NCBI GenBank assembly: GCA_964016885.1
Contig: OZ024747.1
Span: forward strand, 65,348,001 to 65,412,000
Direction: 5' to 3'
DNA length: 64,000 bases
Origin: Eledone cirrhosa
Lineage: Eukaryota
Part shown: in pieces, positions 27,499-51,880 of the stretch
How the letters are laid out: each line of letters begins with the position of its first letter
Numbering within the stretch: the stretch's first letter is position 1
The notes under the pieces: generated by a model
Told to the model about the DNA's origin: nothing
The model's input: the letters and a program-made list of their open reading frames with translations, nothing else
The model's database searches: none
Translations under genes and position numbers: made by a program

Positions 27499-27815
27499 AA
27501 GAGGGACATCCCCCAACTATATAAACCTTAATCTAGTTAGAAAAATATAAAAACAATCTCTTCTCAACATATATTAATAACCTTAAATTACCATACTAAT
27601 AATGAAAAGATATGCTGATGAGAATAGGTACAAATATGCGATAATGAATGTGTCTAAAAACGTCCATAAGTATGTATATATATGTGAAAATGTATATAAA
27701 TAAGTAAATATATATATATGTTTGATGTGTATAGTTAGATGTAAGTGTATTCATGTATTAAAGTGCTTATATATATATATATATATGTGTGTATGTGTAT
27801 ATGTGTGTGTGTGGG

Positions 27816-27872
<57 letters not shown>

Positions 27873-28456
27873 ATGTATATATATATATATATATGTGTAT
27901 GTATGTATGTGTATGTGGATGTGTATGTATGCGTATGTGTGTACACATGGACTAGAGTATGTATGTATATATGTGTGTGTCTATACGTGTGTATATATAA
28001 AGATAAGTTGAGTATGAAAATGTATACACATGAGCGCGTATGTATGTACATGAATACATGTGTGTATATATATGTGTATGCATGTGTATATATATGTAAG
28101 TATGAATATGTGAATTGTGAGTATATGTATTTTGTAGAGGTGTGCAAATATATTTGTGTGAATGCGTGGGTGAAAGAATACGTACACTTGAAAGAAAAAT
28201 TTAAGTCTGAATGTTAAGTGCAAACACAAAACCAACCACGCATATCTTTACTATCTCTAATCCTTCTATAGATTTAGAAAAATAACCAATAATATATTCC
28301 ATAAAAAATGTCAAAACAACAGATGGGAATCTAATTACTCACTGCCACCAAGAATTCTCACTGCTATCGAAAAACCACTCCTTCAACTATTCTTCTAACA
28401 ACTTCACCCCTCCCTCCTAATATTCTCTATAAAAACTAAATAGGTCCTCAGTAATA

Positions 28457-28573
28457 TTATTCTGATGAAATGACAGTAAATAATAACATTGAAATATTGA
28501 ATGTCTGCATAACTAAAAGTTTGTAGATAGCTGTTTTAGGTTATGTAACTGTTATAGAAACACGTGTCAATAA
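28457..28573 (+). ncRNA. Type-I hammerhead motif (3' pseudo-LTR)
   Basis: Same sequence as 24856-24972. Confidence 0.78.
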
Positions 28574-28797
28574 ATTCCTTTCAACTAAACTGTATCCATT
28601 CAAATCTTTCTATTTTTCTCCGGATTACTTTTGGAACTACAACTGGAACCGTCGAGCAAACTCTACGTGAGCTGATAATCTACTGTGTGTAATATTTATA
28701 TTACAACACAACGGAAAATACTGTATATATATATATATATATATATAAGAGAGTATTGAAGTTTGCTTGAAGCATTGGGGAACAATAAGTAAATATC

Positions 28798-29044
28798 TTT
28801 AAGTCGTTTGGAAGCTTCGACAATGCAAATGGGTAAATCTCCGGGTAACAAGGTCCGGTGGTGGAGAGAGAGATGTATATTTTTATTTTATCCTTTACAC
28901 TCTTCCCTTCATTCTACACATCTCACACATCTTATACACACCACGCATCTCAACATACACCCACTTACATCTCTCTCTCCACCTCCGGACCTTGTTACCC
29001 GGAGATTTACCCATTTGCATTGTCGAGGCTTCCAAACGACTTAA
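28798..29044. repeat. ~80-bp inverted repeat with ~87-bp spacer
   Basis: 28798-28878 vs 28966-29044, few mismatches, flanked by (TA)n. Confidence 0.85.
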
Positions 29045-29248
29045 ATATATATATATATATATATATATATTCAGAATAAATCATCTGAGAATTGCCAGTT
29101 AATATATTTCTTTTGTAGATTTAATTAATTTTTACAGGCCTATGTTACATAATTTTCCTCATATATTTATAGACAAAATTTATCTCAGAAGACGATTTAT
29201 TCTTGATAGATGACTTATGTGTATGCATATGTATACATATATATGTAC

Positions 29249-29279
<31 letters not shown>

Positions 29280-29518
29280 GTATAAACAAAGTTTCATACA
29301 CTTAACATGTATGTGCTACCATTGGTTTCGGAGTCCAGTCATGGTTATCACTGTATAATGGAGGAGGCACTTTTAAAATGGTCCTTCATTCAGGCATGTG
29401 GACAAAAATATGAAAATAGGGAAATTGTTGTCCTTAGGTTAAATCTCCCTCTGAATTGTGGAGACACATATTTGAAACGGGAAGTAAATCTGGCCTAAAA
29501 TCTGATTTTATATATATA

Positions 29519-32500
29519 TCATCATCATCATCATTATCGTTTAACGTCCATTTTCCACACTAGCATGGGTCTGGACGGGAATTGTCCCACTTGAGGCAAG
29601 ATTGGTTGTCTTACTCAGGACTGTCTGGTGGGTTTTCTATGGCTGGATGCCCTTCCTAACACCAACCACATTTACAGTGTGGACTGGGAGGTTTTTACCA
29701 TGTTACCTACATGGCCACATTACAGCGTGGACTGTATGTTTTTTTGTCGTGACACCTACACAACCTCATTTATTTAGGACTGGATGTTGTGTTACCGACA
29801 TAGCTTTACATCGAAGGGGTGGTGTAGATGGCGGTGGGGGTAGGGTTAGTGGGACGGGGGTGTATTTTGGTTAAGAAGTGGCTACTGACTGTAGGTTTCG
29901 CTTTGTACATAGGCAAGGCGGGTCTTCTGTATTACTACGTAGTGCCAAAGATCTCGGTCCAGTGACATTGTCTTGGAGAGGTGTAAGTGTGTGAGGTTGG
30001 ATTTTATCAAGTCGTCCCAGGTTTTTCTGGGTCTGCCTACTCCATAGCTACCGTCTATTTTGATCGCCCTGCACTTTTTTATACAGCTGTCATCTTTCAT
30101 GCGCATCACGTGACCATACCAACGTAGTCTTCTCTCGAGTAAACAGCATCTGATCCCTCTTATTCCTAATTTCTCACTTAGTTCATTTATGCTTTGCCGT
30201 TCACGTATATTACTATTACACATCCAACGGAGCATGCAAGCTCCGTTCCTCTCCAATCTGCGTATATCCTCTGCACACAAGGCCCATGTCTCACTGCCAT
30301 GTAACATCGCTGTTCGTATGCAGACATCATACAGCCTGCCTTTTATTTTTAGAGAGAAACCTTTAGTGGTATAAGCTCTCTGAACTTTTTCCATCCCGTT
30401 CGGACTCTAGCTACAGTACTTTCGGAGCTCCCTCCACCACTGCTGATTTTGTCACCCAGGTAACGGAAGGTGTCCACTATTTCTATCGAACCATCTGGGC
30501 AATGGAATGAGCTAGTATTCTGTGGGCATTTGCTGCTACTTATTGCACCAGAGCACCGGCCACATATAAAATCTATATTCTTAGTTAGCTTACCTGTGAT
30601 CCCACTACATCTTTTATGCACCCATACTTTGCATTTGGGACATAAAATGGAGTTTCTGCCTACTCCTTTCCTACACACTGAGCATGGCCATTTCCCAGAT
30701 GGGACCAGTGCCCTATTCTCCTTCTTACATATTAGGACTTTAGTCTTAGACAAGTTAACTTTAAAGCCTTTTGATTCTAGGCCATGCTTCCATGTTTGGA
30801 ATTTCTTTTCTAGTTCAGCTATTGATTCAGCTATGAGCGTTAGATCATCTGCGTATAGGAGTTCCCATGGGCAGCCGGACTTGAACTCCACTGTTATAGC
30901 CTGAAGGGCAATATAAATAGGAGGGGGCTAAGAACAGAGCCTTGGTGAACACCAACTTTTACGCTAAACTCTTCACTATATTCGTTGTTAATTCTAACCT
31001 TGCTGACTGTTTCTTTATACATGGCTTGTATAGCTCTCACAAGCCATTCATCAACACCTAGTTTTCTAAGAGCCAACCAGATAATGAAGTGTGGGACTCT
31101 GTCAAAGGCTTTCTCCAGGTCTACAAAAGCTAAGTAGAGGGGTTTACTTTTAGCTAGGTACTTCTCCTGTGGTTGTCGTACAATGAAAAGAGCGTCTGTG
31201 GTACTTTTACCTGACACAAACCCGAATTGCATTTCATCTAGATCAATTCGCTCTCTGATTAGTTGCGCTATTACTTTTTCCGTGACCTTCATGACCTATA
31301 GAGGCATTAAATTATTAATGCCTCTATAGTTTCCCCTATCTAGGGCATCTCCTTTACCCTTGTAGCAGTTAATGATGATGCTGCTACGCCAGTCCTTTGG
31401 TACGACCCCATTCTGTATAACTTGGTTTACTATCCGGATGACCATAGTGTGTCCCACCATTCCAGATGCTTTCAGCATTTCAGCAACTATTTCTGAAGGC
31501 CCGGCCACCTTGCCCATCTTCATATTTTTGATTGCCTTACTTATTATACTACCTTCAACTTGCACTGCTGGTCCTTCTATTGGATCGATGTGGGGGAGGC
31601 TGTCTTTCTCCCATTTATTCTCCTCATTTAGTAGCCTTTCGTAGTGACACTTCCAAGCTACCTTCTTATCGGCGTCAGTGATGGCAAGTACACCATCATC
31701 ATTATAGACACACTTCTCCCCGACAATATCACGGTTCTCCTTGAGACATTGTCTAGCAATCCTGAACACCTCACGTTTTTGGTCCTCGCGTTGTAGAACA
31801 TGCTTGAACTTTCTTTCCTCTGCTTCCCTTCTTGTGAAATACACTTGCCTCCTAGCTTCCCTCCTGGTCAACTGATAGTCTTCTCTACTTCCCCCATCCT
31901 GCCATACTTTCCAAGCCTGCTTTTTGGCCTTGATTGACTCCTCCACCTTACTGTTCCACCACCAAGTTACTCTCCTCCTGCCTATAGGTCTGCTCCAGCC
32001 ACAGATTTCATCTGTCGCCTTCAGTAGGTTAGCTTTCAGGAATTCCCACTGTTCCTCTATATTGGTAAGGATATAATCTATCTGGCTGACGTGTTCCCCT
32101 GATCTATAGGTGATCAAGTGGTTTTTTTAATTTTTTGAAGTTTGTGTTACAGATAGTTAGGTTATTAATGTCACAGAATTCCAGGATTCTGAAGCCCTCC
32201 TCATTTCTATTTCCAACCCCATAGCCTCCATGGATTCCATCATAGCCATCACTATGTTGTCCAACGTGACCGTTTAGATCGCCAGCAATAATTATTTAGT
32301 CACTGTCAGTTATTTGGGAAGTAATGAGCATTAACAACTCATAGAATCTGTCTTTTATAATGCCAGGCAGTCTGCGTTGGGGTGCATACGCAGATATTAT
32401 TGTCACAGTAGTTCTATTGAGGACAAGTCTTATTTTAATTATTCTGTCGTTCACTCTATTTACGTCTATTTTCTGCTAGCATGATTCCTACTCCACCCAG

Positions 32501-32900
32501 TCCATTGTCATTTCCCACCCAGAAAAGCTTATAGCATCGTTTTTTACCCAAAATGAATCTAGCAGACCCACCCCTCCACCTGGTCTCTTGAATACAGCAA
32601 ACATCAACCTCCTTACATTCAAGCATCTCTACAACCTCTTTAGAGCGACCTTTTAAGGTACCTACATTCATGATACCAACTCTCAAGTTTTGGATTACGT
32701 TTGGTCGGTGGGAAGGACAAGATGCAGGGAAGGCTGAGGGGGATGGGGCTATGTTAGCCGTCCGCGGCCTAAATAAAGAGGAGGAGTCCTTGCCTTCTCG
32801 TCCGGCAGCATGAGGTGAATTTGTCTTTATCTTTGGCATTGTCACTGAGTGTCCAGATGTTTTCAGACTCTCCAGAATTCCGTAGTCCATCCATCATATC
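29519..32900 (-). mobile_element. RTE-clade LINE (family A), near full length, disrupted
   Basis: ORF pieces 32456-32890 (NVGTL, CIQETRW), 31296-32117, 30894-31292, 30349-30891 (LLYADD, PHD) and 29882-30394; internal deletion near 32060; (CAT)n tail at ~29519. Confidence 0.93.
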
Positions 32901-33288
32901 GAAAGGCAACCAGGTCTAAACTTAAGAAGTGATAACATAGGCCGCTGACTTATGATTGGTCCAAATAATAATGGTGGTGAGTGGGGGGGGGGGATCTGAG
33001 GTAGTTAGCGAGAAGGTTATAAAATAAAATCCACGAAATTTTGGCCATAATTGAACGAGCATATAACTGTAATAAGGGAAGAATTATGGGATTTTAAAAT
33101 ACAAGAAGATTATTTTGAACGATCAGACAGAATTATCGAATAGCATTGAAAAAGAAAAGGTTGTATTCTGGAAGATATGATACAGATAGATGAATGGACC
33201 AGGTAAACATGGAGAGACGAGAAAATAGGATTCGTACATTACATTTCACAGAAGAGCAAGCGAGTGATGTAGCCAAGAATATGGGTCG

Positions 33289-33323
<35 letters not shown>

Positions 33324-33970
33324 CAAAACTGTTCCCCTGTCCTCAAGCTGTTGGATTATCAGCACACATTGACCTTTTAACTTCAGTCAAACTCACTGAG
33401 ATACCAATTCTTTTATTTAAGATAACAACGTCATCATTAAGATTTATTGCCTTTGTTTAAATAATCCTTATAAATACTCTTGCTCTGCCAAGAGTACAGT
33501 CAGCTTCTTTGCTCTGCAACATACAGATGAGACAGTTCATGATGTAGCCACACACACATACATACTGTTAGCCAGCCCTGTTTTTGTGTTTGAGTCCTGG
33601 CAGCACATTGTTTTCACTGTCTCTTGAAACACTATTTACTTCTGTCCTTCTTTCAATTTCTTATTGTTAATGTGTGAAGGACTTTTTGTTGCAGTGAGCC
33701 TTAGTACCTAGGGTATTTGGCTCATAATCGTAAGCTTGTGAGTTTGATTCCCGGTTGCACATAGTGAACTTGAGCAAAGCACTTTATTTCACATTGCTCC
33801 AGTCCAGCCTCCATAGAAAGCAGCTTGGAGATGATTGACAATTCATGAGAATGGGCCAAGAGGGAATAAGAAACAGGAGAGGGAAGATATGGTCTGACAT
33901 GGAATAAAAACATTGGAAAGAAATGCATTCTACGATGAAAATTGCCCAGCAACGATGGGCTACTCTGCTA

Positions 33971-34215
<245 letters not shown>

Positions 34216-34888
34216 ATTTCTCTAATTTCCATACCAATGTATTCTTGAGATTCGATATATATATGGGAAACTTGTTAGTTCTGTTTTAAAAACGATTATG
34301 ATAGATTGAAGTTGTTTGCATTAAATTAAAATGTGTGCAATTTAAAATACTTTGTGAGAAATTAAAGATAGAATTCCACTTAAGATGGATTTCATATGGG
34401 AATAATTATTTCAGCCAAGTACAATGGGATATGAAAATACTTTACTATACTTTAACATTTATAGATAAAACTATGACAGTTTTTCAAAGATAGATAAATT
34501 GAGTGGCAGACAGACAGGCATAGAAACGGACATATAAATAGATAGATAATTGGAGGGAAGGAGGAATGGATGGATGGATAGATAGATATACAAACAGCAC
34601 AACTGAACCAACTGGTCTTAACTCAGCCATGTCCGTGCCTATATATAGTTTAATGCAATTGGTGTTAGGAAAGGCATCCAGCCATAGAAACTAAACAAAT
34701 ATACAGGCTCGTATGAGCAACAGGCAGCCTCCTGACCTGACTAGTCTCATAACATGATAACCCATCTAACACATATACATGATGACCCATCTAACACATG
34801 CAAGCATGGAAAATGGATGTTAAACGATGATGAAAATGAAGAAGACCCTTTTATAATTCCTGGCAGAGATCGTAACCACTACCTATAC

Positions 34889-35077
34889 CAGAGGTTCTCA
34901 AACTTTTGGGGCCAGCACCACCCCTCATGGCCACGTAATACCTTCCCCCCTCCCACCCCATTTATATATAATATGTATCATTTGATATTTAATATACTAT
35001 CATATTATCTCTACCACCCCTTAGGCCCCAGCGCCTGGAGCGGGGCGGGGCAGTATCACTCATTTTGAGGATCTCTG
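34889..35077. mobile_element. hAT-type MITE
   Basis: TIRs CAGAGGTTCTCAAA / TTTGAGGATCTCTG; 8-bp TSD ACCTATAC/GCCTATAC. Confidence 0.8.
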
Positions 35078-35926
35078 GCCTATACAGTGAGTCATTGCCT
35101 CAAATATCTTGCCAACTAGGCCACCAAGACAGCATGTCAAATACGTTGATCATATCAGTGAGTCTGTTCCAGTGTTAAACAGTGGACAGTGAAACACATG
35201 TGACAAAATGAATATTATTGGTGGAAAGAAAAACATGTCAATAAGTTCTACATGAATTCTTTAGAATAGTTTCTCCTACTTAAACATTCATAATTACACA
35301 TTCAAGCCTCAGGATTTACTCTCCAATTATCATTTCAATTTAATTACAAAATAGCAACAACTGAAATATTTTTGTTTTATTTGGTATTTTTCTGTGTTTT
35401 CTTCATCTTTTGAATATTTTATCAAATTTTTTTTTATTATTTTAACTTTCCACTTCAGTTAAAAAGTGAAATTAAAAAAATTAAAAATGTATTTTGTCTC
35501 ATTTTTAAAACATTGATTTACCACCTATTGACTTAACATTCATGTCATAAAATGAGGAGGAGGAGGACGAGGTTGGACTTTACCTGTTTGCTTGACCTGC
35601 TGGAAAGAGAAGCTGAATCTCAATCAAATCATATCTTATTCTCTTAATATATGAATGACACACAGAATATGGTAGAGAGGGATATTTAGTCTTATTCAAG
35701 ACTTGACAACCTCTTTAGTGCTGGTGCTACAACAAAATTCACTCAGTATACTATGTAAAGGGGTTGCTGATAAAACACACAATATAAGGTAAGAACTGAC
35801 TAACTGCTCGGTGAGGTCATAGCCATTCAATGGCTATCATCGAAATATATATAGCAGTAAATAAAGGATTATGAGTTCATGCAATTGACTTATGTTTCGT
35901 CACTATATATATATATATATATATAT

Positions 35927-36172
35927 AATTAGAAAGTGAACAATACAAATTATAACTACTCTATTACCAAAGGTTTCTGGATAGAAAATATGAAATCATA
36001 TTTTCTATCCATAACATCTCTGTCTGATGAACGATCCAGACGTATATTAATATTGTCTGGGATCCAGAAACCTTTGGTAATGGAGTAGTTATATATTGTT
36101 CACTTTCTAATTAAATAGCTCTGCTCTATACACAGAGTACTCTTTTTTCCTTTGCTTTTTCTTCAGAATTAC
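35927..36172 (+). mobile_element. Fold-back mini-element related to the PLE1 pseudo-LTR
   Basis: Inverted arms ~35927-35982 / ~36062-36112; downstream tail resembles 15403-15465. Confidence 0.7.
36018..36085 (+). ncRNA. Type-I hammerhead motif
   Basis: CTCTGT-CTGATGA-..GATCCAGAC..GTCTGGGATC..-GAAACC-TTT-GGTA-ATGGAG. Confidence 0.7.
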
Positions 36173-36204
36173 CTAACACACACACATATATATATATATA
36201 TATA

Positions 36205-36450
36205 TCACCTTGACCGGCCAGTCTGTTGGGCGCCAATTGTCGCCGCTGGTCACAGCACGTTGTGCCATAAGATAACGCCATCCCACTGGCTGGGCGGGCA
36301 GGCCGGTACTCATTTCTACAGCTGAGTAAACTGAAGCAATGTGAAATAAAGTGTCTTGCTCAAGGAAACAACACATCACCCAGTCCGAGAATTGAACTCA
36401 CAACCTTTCGATTGCAAGCCCAATGCTCTAACCACTAAGCCATGTGCCTC
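36205..36450 (-). mobile_element. tRNA-derived CORE-like SINE (family S2; another at ~53990-54250-, degenerate at ~33700-33810+)
   Basis: A-box TGGCTTAGTGG, B-box GAGTTCAATTC, CORE-like CCTTGAGCAAGACACTT...CAGCTGTAGAAATG. Confidence 0.8.
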
Positions 36451-36714
<264 letters not shown>

Positions 36715-36804
36715 GGAGGTGGGTTTTATTGTAGTACAATAAAGCAATGCAGATATCGGATAAGAAGCACTCTACAGTTTGTAGGACTGGAGTATACATA
36801 ATAT

Positions 36805-37126
36805 AAGATCAAAAGATGGTTAAAGGAGTTCCATGTATTTTATTATGCGCATTTCAAAAACAAACATCATCATGCAATAATATTTGTGTTTTCATCAGAT
36901 AAAACAGGAGAACATGATATGAAGGCTAAAAAACACTTGTGGATAGTGCAGTTTTAAATCAACATATGTTGATTTAAAACTGCACTATCAACAAGTGTTT
37001 TTTAATCTTCATATCATGTTCTCCTGTTTTATCTGATGAAAACACAAATATTATTGCTTGATGATGTTTGTTTTTGAAATGCGCATAATAAAATACATGG
37101 AACTCCTTTAACCATCTTTTGATCTT
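36805..37126. repeat. 322-bp spacerless palindrome with a hammerhead in each arm
   Basis: Centre AACAT|ATGTT at 36965/36966; few mismatches. Confidence 0.9.
37027..37093 (+). ncRNA. Type-I hammerhead motif (mirror copy 36838-36904 on the minus strand)
   Basis: TTTTAT-CTGATGA-AAACACAAATATT..ATGTTTGTTTTT-GAAAT-GCGC-ATA-ATAAAA. Confidence 0.75.
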
Positions 37127-37344
37127 GGCAGTATCGGTAGAGGGTCGGACGCCATGCTTTGACGCATAGAGTTACGGCCCTTGCCATTCTGAGTTCAAAT
37201 CCCGCCGAGGTTGACTTTGCCTTTCATCCTTACGGGGTCGATAAAATAAAGTACCAGTAATACACTGGGTAATTGCTGGCCTTGTGCCAAAAGTAGAAAC
37301 AATTATATATATATATATATATATTTATATGTATGTATGTATGT

Positions 37345-37505
37345 CATCACATGGTACCATGTGTCAATAATTGTAGTGTTTGTACCAGAGCTTTCAAGTC
37401 GCTGGCTGGACTAAAAAGTCACACTTGTTCAGCGCATCGGTAAGGGTTCTCCTACATGGATATAAAGTAGTGGCCGTACTCGAAAACGAGTTGGCAGCCA
37501 CCATG
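37345..37505. repeat. Unclassified interspersed repeat (inverted copy at 57840-58022)
   Basis: High similarity between the two loci. Confidence 0.8.
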
Positions 37506-38355
37506 TATGTATGTGTGTGTGTGTGTGTGATTAAAAATACGGGCAAAGACAAGCAAATGAACGAATGCAGACAGTAACCCCATCTCATCAGTTGACCGTT
37601 AGGGATATGTTGTTTTGATGCTTATGTGTGTGTGTGTGTATGTGTGTGTGAGTCAGTGTGCATGTGTGTGTGTCTGTGTTTGTGTATATGTGCGTCTGTG
37701 TCTGTATGTGTGTGTTTATGTGTTTATGTGTGTGTGTGCATGTGTGTATGTGCGTATATGTCTGTATGTGTGTGTTTATGTGTTTATATGTGTGTGTGTG
37801 TGCATGTGTGTGTATGTGCTCATGTGTGTGTGTGTAATTTTCATTGAATCTTTGGAGACTATATCTTTGATGGTGACTACCATTACAGAAGTCAAAGTAA
37901 CAAAGTTTTAGACATTAAACAATATAATAAAACATATTCCGTGTATAATATATAGAGATACAATAACCTTTCGTGGGAGAGTGGTGTGTGTGTACATGTT
38001 GTGTGTATGTACATGTTTGCCTGTGTATATGAGTGTGTGTGTGTAAAATGTGTGTGCGTGTGAATGTGCCAATTTCACGCTCTGTCTCTATAAAGTATGG
38101 AATATACACATCTGTGTATATGTGCACATGCTAGTGTGACTATGCATGTGTGTGTGTGTGTGTGTGTGGTGTGTGTGTGTGTACTGGTAGCATGTCTTTG
38201 ATATTGTGTTCATATGAATGGAATGTGTTCCTGTCTGTGTGTATGTGTGTGTGTGTGTGTTTCATGTGTGTACATACATGTGTGTGTGTGTGTATGTATG
38301 CATATGTGTGAATGCGTATGCTTATGTCTACTCCTTACACATGTCTTTGTAGCCA

Positions 38356-38422
<67 letters not shown>

Positions 38423-38741
38423 AAGTTTGTCCTCATCAGTGGCCTTCCAACCGTCGTAGGCATTTCGTCGCATTAAAGGCCATATACCTCAGGTTGGTGC
38501 GAGCAACGGCTAAAAAAGTCGTTGGGACACGTAAATAAAGGGGACGCTAGGGTAAACAAACAAAATGGTTTAAGCAACAGAAAGTGATGAAGAAGAAACA
38601 AGTCCAGTTTTCTATGAATATAAATTCGGTGGAATCGTGAACGAGAGAATAAAGACCATCAAACCTGGTTGAAATGTAAGCAAGGAAGGAATTTCGCACA
38701 GGTCTAACGGGAGGAAGAAGGGGTCTGGTCTGCGAATTCGG

Positions 38742-38941
38742 NNNNNNNNNNNNNNNNNNNNNNNNNNNNNNNNNNNNNNNNNNNNNNNNNNNNNNNNNNN
38801 NNNNNNNNNNNNNNNNNNNNNNNNNNNNNNNNNNNNNNNNNNNNNNNNNNNNNNNNNNNNNNNNNNNNNNNNNNNNNNNNNNNNNNNNNNNNNNNNNNNN
38901 NNNNNNNNNNNNNNNNNNNNNNNNNNNNNNNNNNNNNNNNN
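38742..38941. other. Assembly gap (200 N)
   Basis: Run of N. Confidence 1.
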
Positions 38942-50488
<11,547 letters not shown>

Positions 50489-50800
50489 CTCAGACCGGGT
50501 GATGTGTTGTTTTCTTGAGCAAGAGACTTTATTTCACATTGCTCCAGTTTACTCAGCGTGTAGAAATGGGTCCTTATCATTCCACTGTAAAGTGGTCGTG
50601 GAGGTGCCGCGGCAAAAAAGCACCCAGCACTCACTGTAAATGAGGTTGGTGTTAGGAAGGGCATCCAGCTGTAGAAATCAAGCCAGAATCAGTTCCCGTC
50701 CCACCCTTGCAAGCAGGGAAAAAGCGGACGTAAAATGAAATGATGAAATGATGATATATATATATATATATATGAATGTATATATATACATACATATATA

Positions 50801-50969
50801 CACTGAAATTCTGTTATAACGAAATTCACAGGCTATAAAAAGAATTTGTGATAATGAAAAATTCTTTATAACGAGATTGACCTAACACATTGAGTGGCCG
50901 GAGATTGAAAAAAAGGTTCATTATACTGAAAAATTTGTTATAATGGTATTCGTTATAACAGAATTTTAT
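50801..50969. mobile_element. Tc1/pogo-type MITE
   Basis: TIRs AAATTCTGTTATAACGAA / TTCGTTATAACAGAATTT within a TA context. Confidence 0.7.
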
Positions 50970-50987
50970 ACATATATATATATATAT

Positions 50988-51336
50988 GGAGGCACATGGC
51001 TTAGTGGTTTGAGCATTGGCCTTGCAATCGAAAGGTTGTGAGTTAAATTCTCAGACCGGGTGATGTGTTTTTTCCTTGAGCAAGACACTTTATTTCACAT
51101 TGCTCCAGTTTACTCAGCTGTAGAAATGAGATATATAATGATAGGGACCCCAGTCCCTATCATTCCACTGCAAAGTGGTCGTGGAGGTGCCGCGGCAAAA
51201 AAGCACCCAGCACTCACTGTAGATGAGGTTGGTGTTAGGAAGGGCATCCAGCTGTAGAAATCAAGCCAGAATCAGTTCCCGTCCCACCCTTGCAAGCAGG
51301 GAAAAGCGGACGTTAAATCATGATGATGATGATGAT
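50988..51336 (+). mobile_element. Second copy of the tRNA/CORE-like/RTE-tail SINE
   Basis: Near-identical to 50429-50755; (GAT)n tail. Confidence 0.85.
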
Positions 51337-51644
51337 ATATATGTGTATATATATACACAGATATATCATCATCATCATCATTATCATCGTTTAACGTCCA
51401 TGTTCCACGCTTGCATGGGTTTGGACGGGAGTTTTCCCACTTGAGGCATTGCTCACATAGGACTGTCTGGCAGGTTTTCTACAGCTGGATGCCCTTCCTA
51501 ATACCAACCACATTTACAATATATACATATATATATACACACACACGCATATATATATACATATATATATATATACATATATACATGCACACACATACAT
51601 TTATATACACACACATGCTATGCAACAATATATATATATATATA

Positions 51645-51849
51645 TGGCCGTGTAGGCAACACGGTAAAAACCTCCCAGACCCACACTGTAAATGTGGTTG
51701 GTGTTAGGAAGGGCATCCAACTGTAGAAAACCTGCCAGACAGTCCTATGCGAGCAAGACAATCACTCTTGCCTCAAGTGGGACTACCCCCGTCCAAACCC
51801 ATGCAAGCGTGGAACACGGACGTTAAACGTTGATGATGATGATGATGAT

Positions 51850-51852
<3 letters not shown>
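51645..51852 (+). mobile_element. RTE 3'-UTR-only insertion (relatives at 40588-40798-, 51366-51518-, 56370-56590-)
   Basis: Similar to 3120-3330; (GAT)n tail. Confidence 0.8.

Positions 51853-51880
<28 letters not shown>

Larger units (their letters stand above)
21505..28725 (+). mobile_element. Penelope-like element 2: inverted pseudo-LTR (21505-~22787), 5'-truncated partial copy (~22788-25176), full ORF and 3' pseudo-LTR
   Basis: Direct repeat ~22788-25123 vs ~26393-28724 (offset ~3.6 kb), an inverted copy of the 3' region, and both ends in (TA)n. Confidence 0.95.

Noticed and set aside
38428-38472. Minus-strand CGAAA...CTGATGAG as a permuted hammerhead
   Set aside because: Stems could not be paired convincingly
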